From NCBI RefSeq assembly GCF_036321535.1, contig NC_087436.1:6262001-6326000 (forward strand): a stretch of 64,000 nt of DNA, written 5' to 3'. Shown here one piece after another: positions 14,436-29,092 of this stretch; the stretch's first letter is position 1; the number at the start of each line of letters is the position of its first letter. The translations under genes were made by a program, and so were the position numbers. Below the pieces are notes generated by a model. That model was not told the origin of the DNA. It was given only the letters and a program-made list of their open reading frames with translations, and did no database searches. This DNA comes from Camelus dromedarius (lineage: Eukaryota).

Positions 14436-16994
14436 ACTCGTTGTGTTAAAATGTGATGTGAGATCTAGACACTAGATTCTTTATAGATTCACAACCGAAA
14501 AAGATTTCATTATTGCAAAAATGGATTTCTTAAAAAGGCCTTGGATGCTATTTTTCAATTCATTTCTGTATTTCCCCTTTTCCTCCAAAGATACACATGG
14601 GACAAGACTCTGTTCCAGTGTGAATGGCTGGACTTTGTAATGTGGTAGACTCTTGGCACCGTCTACATAATTACAACCTTGCCCTTCGCATTTTCTGGGA
14701 TACCTTTAGAGTTAACACCTGTCAGAAAATGGTCTGGTGTACAGTACGGGGCCAGTAAACCTGTCAACTTCACACATAGATGTCTGCAGTCAAGGAGAAT
14801 CATCTGGAATTCATCAAGTTACACAATCAAGAACCTGTCCCAGAATAACCTGAGCTGGAGGCTCTGGGCTGGTAGGATCACTCATGTCAGATTTACAAAC
14901 AAATAAATACCTGAAGATGAGCTTTATAATTGGGACCCTTTGCCTTTGGACTGAAAGAACAGAAAGCGTCACTTGAGAGGCTGGGGCTGGCAGATCCTTC
15001 AGTCATAGCCTTTGATTCTCTTCCACACATCTTTTTGCATCTTAGGTCTCCTTTTTACACCTAGGTAACGTGCATGACTCTGAGCAAAGGTATTTAATGA
15101 TGTTGGGCCTCTATTTCCACGTCCAGGAAACGTCTTTCATGGAGTACCCACCTCCTAAAATGTGTGGCAGGATTTAACGAGATAATACACGCACAGGACT
15201 GAAAAACAGGGCCTGGTATATGGTCATATTCAGTATTCCTCTTGCTGTGGTGATGGCTGTTGTCTCATTGAGAAATAACAGGTTCCCGCTGCCTGTACCT
15301 GCCCATCAGTGTGGAAGTCATCAGGGTCCAGTTATGTCAGAGAGAGAGATATACAAGTAGGTTATGGTGATGGAGGAAGAAGACGTACCTGAAGGCCCCT
15401 GGAAGGATTTGTTGAGGAAAACAGATTGACAAAGAAGAAAGACTTGGAAGTTAGAAGACAAGGGCTGGAATTCTTTCTGAACAATTAATTCATTGTGTGA
15501 CCTTGAACTGCCTTCTTCTTACCTTTCTTTCATCTCAAAACTGAGGTGAAAAAATATTTACAGCATAGATTGCTTCCAAAGATTAACCCAGACAAGGCAA
15601 ATATCTATATTCAACTCATGAGGCAGACTAGCTAAGTTCTTGGTATAAAGCATGAATTTATTTTCACAAACATTAATCAAAAGTCAGAGAACAGAAACAA
15701 TACTTAGGGCAGATCACTTACAGAAATCGCTGGCCATCCACTCCCCAAATATTAAAAAAAAAAAAAAATCTGCTCCCAGACCAAGCCAGGTCATCAGGGA
15801 AACACATTCCTCCACTAAGGCCCCATGTCCCTCCTACAGAAAACTCATTATCAACGGACGTCACAGTGAGGCGAAGCCCACCATATTGATGGGCCTCACA
15901 AGAATAAGTCCTATGAAACTTATTATTCACATAATACAGAGGCTGCCAAGGACATCTGTCATTACCGTTACAATAAGCCATTTATAAGAATTGCCAGGAG
16001 AAATCTCAGCTTGGATTTAGGACTGAAAAGGGAATATCTGTCCTGAGTTTTGAAAGCTGGAAGCAAATATAGGTTTACTGTTTAGAGTCAGGCCAAATAT
16101 GTGTCCCTGCCTTCATTCAAAAATATTTATTGAGCACCTACTATGTGCTAGACTCTCCACTAGGATCCGGGAACATAATGATGGGCAAGGCAGGAAACAT
16201 CTCTACCTTCACAGACCTAGACCCCAATGGGGAGGGACAGATGGTTATAATTACCAACAAGTGATTATGATTACAAAGCAATGATGCAGAATGAACCAGA
16301 AACAGGTGCCGGGTAATTAGATAAGATCTATCACCCTCTTACTTAGACAGGAAGATAGAAAGATAATCAAATGAAGCTGAGCTTCCACCAAGAGAAGACC
16401 AGGAAGACCCTCTAGGGAAGACACACATCTGTGGAAATCAGTGGAATAAAGACGCAAGTCGGGAAAAGACGAGAGGTAGGTGCTGAGGACCTAGGATTGT
16501 GTATCCCCTACCATGACCAGAACTGATCTATTTATGGACTTTACAACAGTACCATGTCTACATGAGCAGAATCATATTGAGTGCTCATAACTATATCTAA
16601 ATCACGTCATAGGCTCCTGAGGAAACTGACCTGATTTTATGACTCTTAACCACTTTCTAAGAGAAAGTATCAAAGAAAGGACAAAGAAAGGTCTGGTGTC
16701 ACTTGAGATATAATCTTAGGTATTTAATTCACCACACTGAGAGTCACATCAATACAACCTTGTCAGTTCCTATCACCACTTACTTCTGAAAGGAGCAAGG
16801 AACAGCCAGTCTATACTGGGATTATAAATGCCTCCTTCAAACTGGATGCAACTGCCTTCTTTATTTCCAAAGATGCTGGATATTCAAAGAACAGAATTAA
16901 ATATCTAAGAGATATGCTGAAACCAAAAAGTTTCACCAGGTAAGCGGGAGACCTGGGTTTTGACCTAGTTCTATCACACAAAGAAATTATATGT

Positions 16995-17609
16995 ATCTGG
17001 AGAAAACTCCAATTTGAAAACATACCTGCACCCCAATGTTCAGAGCAGCAGTATTTACAATAACCAAGACATCAAAGCAACCTAAATGCCCAACAACAGA
17101 TGACTGGATAAAGAAACTGTGGTATATTTATACAACAGAATATTACGCAGCCATGAAAAAGAATGAAATAATGCCATTTGCAGCAACATGGATGGACCTA
17201 GAGATGATCATACTAAGTGAAGTAAGTCAGACAGAAAAGGACAGATATCATATGATATCACTTATATGTAGAATCTTTTAAAAAATGATACTAATGAACT
17301 TATTTATAAAACCAAAACAGACTCACAGACATAGAAAATAAATTTATGGTTACCAAAAAGAAAAGGCAGTAGGAAGGGATAAATTAGGAGTTTGGGATTA
17401 GCAGAAACAAACTACTATATATAAAATAGATAAACAACCAGGCCCTACTGTACAGCACAGGGAACTATATTCAATATTGTGTAATAAACTATAATGGAAA
17501 AGAATCTGAAAAGAATATATACGTGTGTGTGTGTATAACTGAATAACTTTGCTATACACCAGAAACTAACACAACATTGGAAATCAACTATACTTCAATT
17601 AAAAAATAA
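16995..17609 (+). mobile_element. 5'-truncated LINE-1 3' end
   Basis: ORF 17036..17281 is the L1 ORF2 C-terminus, followed by a 3'UTR. Degenerate TSD aagaaattatatgt / aagaaatgacacgt (16981-16994, 17610-17623). Confidence 0.88.
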
Positions 17610-19489
17610 AAGAAATGACACGTGAGGATTGGAGGCTATGTGAGTGACCTCAGTGAATACCTCACATGCCTCGAGTAGTAGCAAAAATAGCCAATACTTA
17701 CTTATTAGAGGTTTCCTGCGTGTCAAGCACCAGGTCCACGTGTTTTCTATGTATTAACTCACAACAGCCTCCCGAGGTAGGCATCATTGCCATTTACAAC
17801 TGAAGACACCAAGGCACAGAGAGATGCTGTGACATTTCCAGGTCACGTGGTTGGTAAATTCAAATCCAGGCAGCTCAGCTCCAGAGCCCAGGGTCTTCAC
17901 CACTGCTTTACTCTCCCAACTTCCACCCAGGAGCATCCCAGGGAAGTTAAAGGACAGATGGGCGTGCCGTGCCTCCAGATATATTCAAGCACCTCTTTGG
18001 GGACTTTATGACATCACAATAGACAGCAAGAGAGCATTACAGGGTGACCCTCTGCCCTGCTTGGCCCAGGACAGCCTCAGCGTGTGTCTGTTGCCCCAAC
18101 GCCTGCCAACATCATCCTTGTCTCCAGGGTGCTCCTGTCTGGACAGGAAGGAGTATTGTCACCTAAGCCCAATGGCTAAGAACTGACCTTTTGAAGTTGG
18201 TTCGAAACCCAGCTTAGCCATTAACATTGGCGGTGGCCATTGAGGCCAGTTACTTTGCCTAAATAAGCCTCAATGTTCTCATCTACTAAGTGGAAGTAAC
18301 CAGAGAACCTACCTCCTTGCACTGTTGCGGGATACACAGGAGTCAAGGCGTGTGCGGATTCTATGAATCAGTGAGCACAGTGCTTAGCAAATCGTGAGCC
18401 CTCACCAACATCTGATGGACTGTTTGAGAGGCTTTCTCATGTCAGCAGCAGCATGGTAGACAGCTTTGTGACTTGGGACGTGAGACATCAAAACACACCT
18501 GTCAACCTGCAGCACTTAGCCACAAACCGGGGTAAGGAAGGAAGGCCAAGTCTCTCTAAGTCAATCACGGGTACTTCCGTAAGTACTCATTCTGAGACTA
18601 AATTATACTCCTAGAGCCGTTGAAAATGCAGTGTGCCTCCTGGGCACTCCCAAGGCTTTATCCGTTCCAGTCCAGACCCCACGGAAGCTGGGCTGAAATG
18701 CTAAATTGTATGGTGACAGGGAGTAAGGAAATAAACTTGGAGTTTATCATCTCTTTGTGGTCCTTTTTAGCCTCTTGGACCAGCCTGGATTCAGGGTGAC
18801 AACTTCCAGGATCACTCTGCTTTCAAACGCAAGTCGTGGACCCACCTGACTTTGTACTCAAAGCCTGGAATAGCTTCGGGATGCAGAGAAAATTCTTTAT
18901 TTGGCATGAGTGTGGTCACAGACTAGCCCTTGTGCCTGCAGCTGAAGTGGCTGACTGTACACCTGCCAAAATGACTGTCACTTGCGAGCGTCTTGGCCCT
19001 CAGTCTCCATGAATCAAAGTCACGGGCTTGGAGAAACCACATGGCTAGTTAGTACATATACAGAACAAATCACCTCTTTTTGCCTCATTTTCTTTGCAAA
19101 ATAAAGGGGTTAAATCCATCATGAAAAAGCAAGGAGGTGGATCTGGCTAACCTGGTCTGGCTTGGAGCCTCTTAAAAAGATTTCCCCTGTTGAAGATGGA
19201 AAGATAAGCCACTTTCCCCTCACTTTTCAAAACTTCCAATGAACAAAATCCTACTGACTTTCCATAGCAACCTCTCTAATCATACGCCTGACTGTCAGCA
19301 AGTTCTCTGCTTCACCCCCTTCCTCTCCTCATCATGCAAATTGCCACGGCTTTAATTAGATGTAATAAGCCTCTGGGAAGTGCAGTGAGGGGAACGTGGA
19401 GCACTGATCGCACAGCGTGGGCTTACTCTTGCCCGCGGAGAACAGCATCTCCCTGGAACTCGCACATCCTCCCAAAGCTGGGAGACTCA

Positions 19490-20779
<1,290 letters not shown>

Positions 20780-22005
20780 CTAAGAATGAATGGAAACGGA
20801 CTTCATTAACTGAGTCACCGTCTCAAACTAGTCCAGTTCCTCCACAAGAGGAAAGGAAAAAGCGGAACCCTTTCTTGTCATCACCATCACCGCCAAATCA
20901 TTTTTAAATGAGGTTTAAAAAATAGAAACAAGATGTATAGATTTGTCCTTCAGTTTCAATGAGTGAAAACAAACCACTAACATCCAAGAGCATTGTATAA
21001 CTTGTAACTAGACTCATTTAACTCGATCCTGAAGGAAAAGTGTTATAATTCAGCAAATCCAGATTTTCCTTTTTTGAAAGTCAGAAATAATTTAAGACCA
21101 GTAACAAATAGTTTAAAAAAAAAAACAAAAACCTATAGCTCTCTCACATTTATTTTAAAAAGTCCTGTGTCCCAAAAAGCTACTTGGGAAGAAGCAGCTA
21201 GTATTCACATGCAAATTCAGAAACATAATCTCTTCATCGGATGGTACCATCCTTTTTTTCATAATAGAGTCCCTTAGCATATATTGAGTTATTATAATGT
21301 AAAGCCACACATGCCTACGTATCTTGGAAGCAGTTCCGTGTATTCATCCACAGGCACACACACATAAATGCAAAACACACATCAAACTGCTTTTTATTTC
21401 TTTTCTTTCCACCAAAGTCGGCTGAAAGAAAACAAAGACCTCTCCAGCTCTATTCTGTCACATTATTAGAAAGAACAAGGGCTGATAAGGACTTACTTAC
21501 ACGGCTGGCCCGGTGCTTGGCTCCAGGAAGAATGCGATCCCTGACTCTAATGCAAAGAACTTTTAAAGGCTGAGGCATGTAAGTAGAACATACTTCAAGG
21601 TCAAGAGTGTCCCACATTTCAAATAGCTCAGCTTTCAAAAGCGTCCTTGAAAATTACTGACTGCAAAGCAAAACAGCTGCTTCTTCACTGGCGACTGACA
21701 ACTCACTTTTCAGACGTGTAAGTTTTGAGGGTTTTTTTTTTTAATAGTTTAAGCAATAAACTTTGATTTTAAATTCTGGAAAAAACAAATGCCGTATAGA
21801 AGCAGTTTTCATTCAGATCGTTTTTTCCCATTGATTTTTAACCCCTGGGAGCCCTCTAGCGTCCTGTTTGGAAACAGACTTGGAGATGAGAGTCTCTTGG
21901 AGTTAAAAGGGGTTGAGAGTGTGCTCAGCGGCAGTCTGAATGCCACCAGCTCTCTGTCCGTCCTGGCTGCCCAGGATTACAGTGCCCCGGTTCCCAGGGA
22001 CTCAC

Positions 22006-22139
22006 CTTTCCATCCTGGCCACGGGCAGAGTGACGTGGGTGTCCCACCCCTTCTGAGAAGCGTAGGTCTAGAAGTTCATAAAAAGGTAAGAAAGGGTTAA
22101 TGCAAATGAGGGGAAAAAACAGAACCGAGAGATAAGAGT
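22006..22139 (-). other. GASK1B: Predicted GASK1B non-coding exon 1
   Basis: Consensus donor AAG|GTGAGT at 22006/22005. The start is inferred from an Inr-like CACTCTT about 27 nt downstream of a TATAAA box. Confidence 0.55.
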
Positions 22140-22270
22140 GCACATGGATGGGGAGACACGTTTATAGTGTTGCCTCTGCCCGGTGCAACAGTTCCCAAGA
22201 AGAAGTTGTGGATGCTCTCTGATTGGAGGGTTTTTTTTTTTTTTTTTAAAAAGGTTAGTGATTGGTTTAG
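22139..22270 (-). promoter_or_regulatory. Predicted GASK1B core promoter: TATA box plus two CCAAT boxes
   Basis: On the minus strand: TATAAA at 22166-22161, and CCAATC at 22226-22221 and 22265-22260. Spacing to the inferred start site is classical. Confidence 0.55.
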
Positions 22271-23471
22271 GTGGTTTGTGTGTCCTGGCACAGAGGCAGG
22301 GTTGATAACCTCTGGTCTCACTTAGATTTTCCTTCTACAGCAAATAGAATCTGGACGGCAGGGCAGGACGGGGACAGGGAAGGTTTTCCCACTGGAAAGG
22401 AAGGTTGTGCTATGGGGATGGGGGGCAGGTAAGGGATTGGGATGTGGTGTACAATCCTAACAAGTTTGCCTTTTTACGATGCAAAAAAGGGTCAAGGTAT
22501 TGGAATATAGAGGGAAAGAATGAATAAATTTCCAAGTGTAAAATACCAAATATTGTAACAGAACTGTTACTTTAGCACTCTTAAACGCAGACCTTTCTGC
22601 CTCTTGACAAGTTCTGCCACGTGGAGGAAGAAGAAACAATTTCAATATTGACACAGGCCTGGAAGTACTTGTCGATTTTGGTTAAACTTCATGAGAATTT
22701 AAGCATCCAGTCAATTCCCTTGGTGTTCCAGTACTCTTAAGATACCCTTCTCTAAGCACAGAATTATTTTCTAGCTAGTAAATATTAACTTCTGCAAAGG
22801 AAACTGTCTCAAGGCTGGTTTTTCAAACTATCTTGTTGTTTTCATACCTTCTGAAGAATAACTGACCTGACTCTAAAAATTAAAATTGTCTTTGGCAGAG
22901 ACTGGGTTATACTAAACAGAAGCCTCCACCAGCTGTTTCTAAAGCAGTTTTTTGTTTGTTTGTTTTTTTGGTGAAGAAATGCTTAGGAAGTAGATAAGAG
23001 CTGTCAAGTTAGTACATTTTGTTGACTGCACCTCTCCCCCAAACGAAATGTCTTTTTATTAAAAGGCCAATATATCACCTCCCTTCCAGGCACAAGAGGG
23101 ATTAGCGGAGGCTGAAGAGGGTAATACTTAGGGAAAGGGCTTCAGAAGGTGAGGCGTGGCTTGGAGTCCCACCCTCTCGCTTCCTGGCTCTGGTCCTTCC
23201 TGAAGGCACAGGAAACCCACCTCCTCTCTAGCCTCATTTCCTTTGTCAAAGAGACGAATGATGGTTGCACTTACCTCGTGGGTTTCTTGGGACGCCTGTA
23301 TGAGACAGTGGTGATAGGATGAAAATTTAGAGTGTTTTTGTCCCTGACACCATATCGAACTTCTGGGAGGCCCTTCTCCCAGCACATACATCTTGACAGG
23401 GAGTCACCATTGCACCAAGGGGATGCTGTCTGGTAGAGTTAGGAACCAGTTCATTGACTTATTGTTGAAAT

Positions 23472-24022
23472 ATGAAAGGACCCAGAGATTATCATACTAA
23501 GTGAAGTAATTAGATGGAGAAAAACGAATATCATATGATATCACTTATATGTACAATGTAAGAAATGAGACCAATGAACTTATTTACAAAAGAGAAAGAG
23601 ACTCACAGGCATAGAGAAAAATTTATGGTTACAAAGGGGAGAGGGAGAGTGGAAGGATAAATTGAGAGTTTGGGACTAGCAGATACAAGCTACTACTACA
23701 TAAAATAGATAAACAGCAAGGCCCTACTGTATAGCACAGGGAACTATATTCAATATCTTATAATAACCTATACTGGTAAAGAATATGAAAATGAATATAC
23801 ATGTAACTGAATCACTATGCTGTACACCAGAATATGCATATGCATGACTGGGACACTGTGCTGTACACCAGAAACTGACACATGGTAACTGACTGAATAA
23901 AAAAAATAAATAAATAAAGTAATCAATTAAATGAATAAAAAAAATAAAAATAAAAACAATAAAAATAAGGAAAAAAAAGAGACTAACAACATTGTAAGTC
24001 AACTACACTTCAGTTTAAAAAA
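23472..24022 (+). mobile_element. LINE-1 3' end with a nested second L1 3' tip (about 23833-23980)
   Basis: The motif gctgtacaccagaa occurs twice, and an internal long A-rich tail precedes the resumed host end ctaacaacattgtaagtcaactacacttca. Confidence 0.75.
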
Positions 24023-24432
24023 TATAATTACTGGTGTAGCTAGTATATTGATATTACAAATACAATGCAGAAACCATGCTCAGCAGATAAAATCGGAAAC
24101 CAGTTTTAATCATTCTCCCCACTGCTCTGTGGACCTAGTAGCTCTTTTCAACTCCTTTGGATAAAAACTCAGGCAGGACTTCCCTAGTCGTATTGAGATT
24201 TTTAAAGATTTCTCTGGTCCTTTTCATCAAAGACACACACCTAATCAAAAGTTGGATTCTACATACTGGTCAAGATTTTCAAATGCCTTTTAAATTTAAA
24301 GCATTTCCCCTGTCTGGAAGCTAGCTGTCCCTCAAAAAGTATGGCCAAAAGCTACTGAAAAAGGGGAGAAGAAATCCATCTAGGATTATTTTTTCTGTCT
24401 AGGGCTTTATTCCTCATCCACCCACCCACTCA

Positions 24433-24921
24433 CGTCACTGAGCCCAAGCATGTACTGCTCACTGTACAACAGGTCAGTAAATCAAGGGATGAGGTGTTGG
24501 GACAAGAAATAATGATTTTATTCAGAAAGCAGCAGGTCGAGAAGATGGTGGACTAGTGTCCCAAAGAACCATCTTCCCTGAGTTAGAATTGGGGCTTCCT
24601 TTATACTCAAAGGGGAGGGAGTAAAGTCAAATATTTCCTGGCTCCAGTCAGCCTCCAGAGGGGCCGTGTTAATTTCTTCCTTCCTGCATCCATTCCCAAG
24701 TGGGCCTGGTCAGATGTTTCCTGTGAGCTAAATACAAAGATATTTTAGCTTAATGCTCATTATCTAGGAGACAGGGTTCCCAGAGATGCACCATTTTGTA
24801 TAATTTAAGCTTATAGGCTACATCCCTTTAGTGATGAACTGGAAGCAAAAGCAATAGATACAAAGGTCAAAGTGAAAGAAATGGATCTAACGTGGAGTCA
24901 GACTTATACTTCCCTGTTACA
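24433..24921 (-). mobile_element. ERV1-class solo LTR, same family as 44986-45454
   Basis: Its reverse complement starts tgtaacagggaag and shares TATA (tataaaagg), gaagatggttc and AATAAA segments with 44986-45454. Near-TSD ctca/gtca. Confidence 0.75.
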
Positions 24922-27541
24922 GTCACTCCACTTTGAGTTTGGCTCCAGCTCTTTCGGAGTCACAGGGTGGTGGGGAAGGAGGGGTGAGATCAGCAGAAAC
25001 ATTCCTGCTACTCCACTGTCATTGTTGTGGACGGGCATACCGGCTCTCAGGGAGCGGCAGGTGTATAAAGCTGACCTTTGGAGGCATTTTGCCATCATGT
25101 TGAAGATCGCTGTCTCCCTGGCTGGCTGCTGGTGTCCACTCAGCGCCTTGGAATCCGGCAGCCCACTGTTCCACGGAGACCGCCTCGTTTCTTCGGGCTG
25201 TTCTCTCGGGCAGCATTTAAGATGACCAGAAGGCTGGCTTCCTCACTCGGGCCTGGATGTATCGTCCACAAGTGGTCCAACAGACATGGTCCTCACCCTT
25301 CACCCCAGCAACCTCAGGCTCCCCAGCACTGCAGCCTCCTTCCCTGGGTGTGTTTGGCAACGGGACCACATGTTGCTCGTGGTCTCTGCTGAAATTGACC
25401 AGAAAGTTACCTTCTACCATCAGGTATCATGAGACTCAAGAGAAAAATTTCATTTAGTTTTAGAAAAATCAGGCTAAATTCCTTGCATGACTAATGGTTC
25501 GAAAATCTGTTGCCACAATAGAATTTTCAGCTCTGCCGTGTGAGTACACGTAAAACATTCAAAGCATTTGTTATCGTTACGGCTGTTATTAACTCCGAGT
25601 GACTGATACACTAATCCTCATACCTAAAATATTTTCTCTCCACTAAAAAAAAAAATCTTTGGGGAAAACAAATTGAAGAATAGACCATAAGATAATGGTC
25701 TGGACCATTAGAATAACCTGGGAATTTTGATACAATTATGGAGGTGATGGTGGAGAAGAAACATGGGCAGGGTCTGGGGCTGGTGGTGATGCTCTTAAAC
25801 CCAGATGGTGTTTATTTGGGGATAGTTCATTGGCTGTCCATTTATGACTGGTGCACCTTATCCTTTAATAAAACTGAAAGAGGTGGTGGGTAAACAAGAA
25901 TATTCTTTATAGCATGTAGACATACGCTAAACCCCTTCTAGAAAGACAGTGGAAAACAAATCCTTTTTTCCATCTTTTTTACTTGTAGTGAAGAGCTCAT
26001 GATACTTTCATCATTTAAAAATTCAGTGAAGAGGTTAAAGAACAATGAAATCACCGAAACTTTCAGAAACAGATAGATGCCTAGGTCCCAGCCGGCTCCC
26101 CGGAGATTCCCATGTAATGGGTGTGAGGTGGAACCCCCAATCCATTGTTCGAAAAACGTCTAACGTGCAGGGTTATGATGCGCTCTTCTGAAAGGTAAAG
26201 GGCGGTTTCAGGAGCAAATTAGCACCTTTCTGCAGTCAAGTGATAAGTCATAGGTTTTCCTGGCAGGGAAATAATTTTTAAATCCTTCCAGGCTTCCAGT
26301 GGTGAGACCCGAGTGTGGGAAGGATGTTTCTCCTTCAATCTGGGAGAACTCCAGGACCAGATCCGACAGTGGGGAGGGCTCCAAGTTTCCCACCTCGGAA
26401 CAGTCTTCTTTCCCCAAGTGTCCACCATGGCAGGGGTACTGCTCCCTGCAGCTGCGGCCTCAGGCCTGCCCCTCGGAGGCATAGGTAAGGCCTCCAGCCC
26501 CTGCAAAGCTAAGTCGTAAGCTCCTCCTTGCTGTGGTTGACTTAGGCTTGTTACAGATTGCAGATCTACAGATGGATGCTTTGTCTCTGCTCTGTGCTGA
26601 CCAGACCTGCCCACTGGGCCCCTAACCCTTGCCCACCACCCTCCTGACCTCTAGGACCCAGAGCCCTTCTAGAGCTCTAATCCTGGCTTAGCCACAGTTC
26701 TTGGGTATGACTTCTGTCCTGCTTGTCACGTGGAATCAGCTAGTCCTCCCGCCACCCACTCTCACACGGGGCCTGGGCAGCAGCCAGCTAGCCTGGCCTG
26801 TCACTGAAAAACTCTTAGCCCTGTCATCTTTGAAATTTTCTTTCAGAAATGTTTAACTGGCACCAAGACGTTGACCATTCCTTAAACAGCGCTCTACATC
26901 ATACCTGTCTTGAAAACCATAAAAAGAGATTGCAGCTATTGTGTTATGTTTTATAGAAGTATGTGCACCTGTATCTGGCACCTGATGACTTGCTCCTTAA
27001 AGACATTCTTCCCGTTGACCTACACTTTTCCCGGGGCCGCCACATCTGCTTTCCGTAGGAGAAGCACTTCAGAGAAAACTCTGTGTCTCCTCAGAGCTAG
27101 CCTTACAACTCTACGAAGGGATGCTGAGAACCACAGCCCCGGCTCACGGGTGACCGAGAGAGTGTCCAACAGGCCTGTTTCCAGGGGACGAACTTCCCGC
27201 ATCTCACTGCATTGGGTCCTCCCTCTCTGTCTGCTGTCACACCGGCTGAAGAGTCTCCCTCCCTTTTCCCAGCGTAGAAATCTCCTGCAATCTTCCCTGG
27301 AGCCCCATCTCCCTGGGAATCTTTGTTCCTTTTATTTAACGTTGTGTTTGTGGTAGGATGTTTCTGCCACGTGACCAGAAACTGAGCAGTGTTTGCGCGG
27401 ACTGAGCGCTGCCCGGGAAACCGATGGAACGTGCGGCAGCCAACGTGACGTCCGTCGGGAAGAACAGATACTGGTATGGTCCTCGTTTCACTCCTGGGTG
27501 GTTAGACGATCTATACATGTTATAAAAATCAGCATTTGTTT

Positions 27542-29092
27542 TCCACAGTGGCTGCACCAAACTGCATTCCTACCAGCAGTGTAGGAGGGTTCCCCTTTCT
27601 CCACAGCCTCTCCAGCATTTGTCATTTGTGGATTTTTGAATGACAGCCATTCTGACTGGTGTGAGGTGATACCTCATTGTAGTTTTGATTTGCATTTCTC
27701 TGATAATTAGTGATACTGAGCATTTTTTCATGTGCTTTTTGATCATTTGTATGTCTTCCTTGGAGAATTGCTTGTTTAGGTCTTCTGCCCATTTTTGGAT
27801 TGGGTTGTTTATTTTTTTCTTATTGAGTCGTATGAGCTGCTTATATATTCTGGAGATCAAGCCTTTGTCGGTTTCACTTGCAAAAATTTTCTCCCGTTCC
27901 GTAGGTTTTCTTCTTGTTTTACTTCTGGTTTCCTTTGCTGTGCAGAAGCTTGTAAGTTTCATTAGGTCCCATTTGTTTATTCTTGCTTTTATTTCTTCTA
28001 GGAGAAAATTTTTGAAATGTATGTCAGATAATGTTTTGCCTATGTTTTCCTCTAGGAGGTTTATTGTATCTTGTCTTATGTTTAAGTCTTTAATCCATTT
28101 TGAGTTGATTTTTGTATATGGTGTAAGGGAGTGTTCTAGCTTCATTGTTTTACATGCTGCTGTCCAGTTTTCCCAACACCATTTGCTGAAGAGACTGTCT
28201 TTATTCCAATGTATATTCTTGCCTCCTTTGTCAAAGATGAGTTGACCAAAAGTTTGTGGGTTCATTTCTGGGCTCTCTATTCTGTTCCATTGGTCTATAT
28301 GTCTGTTTTGGTACCAATACCATGCTGTCTTGATGACTGTAGCTCTATAGTATTGTCTGAAGTCTGGGAGAGTTATTCCTCCAGCCTCTTTCTTTCTCTT
28401 CAGTAATGCTTTGGCAACAGTGTGGAGATTCCTCAAAAGACTAGGAATAGACTTACCATATGACCCAGGAATCCCACTCCTGGGCTTGTATCCAGAAGGA
28501 ACCCTACTTCAGGATGACACCTGCACCCCAATGTTCATAGCAGCACTATTTACAATAGCCAAAACATGGAAACAGCCTAAATGTCCATCAACAGGTGACT
28601 GGATAAAGAAGAGGTGGTATATTTATACAATGGAATACTACTCAGCCATAAAAACCAACAACATAATGCCATTTGCAGCAACATGGATGCTCCTGGAGAA
28701 TGTCATTCTAAGTGAAGTAAGCCAGAAAGAGAAAGAAAAATACCATATGAGATCGCTCATATGTGGAATCTAAAAAACAAAAACAAAAACAAACAAACAA
28801 ACAAAAACAAAGCGTAAATACAGGACAGAAATAGACTCACAGGCAGAGAATACAGACTTGTGGTTACCAGGGGGGTGGAGGGTGGGAAGGGATAGACTGG
28901 GATTTCAAAATTGTAGAATAGACTACACTGTATATAGCACAGGGAAATATACACAAAATGTTATGATAACTCACAGAGAAAAAAATGTGACAATGAGTGT
29001 GTATATGTTCACGAATAACTGAAAAATTGTGCTGAACACTGGAATTTGACACAACATTGTAAAATGATTATAAATCAATAAAAAATGTTAAA
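27542..29092. mobile_element. Young 5'-inverted (twin-primed) LINE-1; 27542-28417 on minus, 28416-29092 on plus
   Basis: Near-open ORF2 C-terminal frames on opposite strands (27570..28436 minus; 28411..28773 plus ending ...EKEKYHMRSLICGI*), a 3'UTR and A-tail, and an 18-bp TSD aaaaatcagcatttgttt at 27524-27541 and 29093-29110. Confidence 0.93.
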
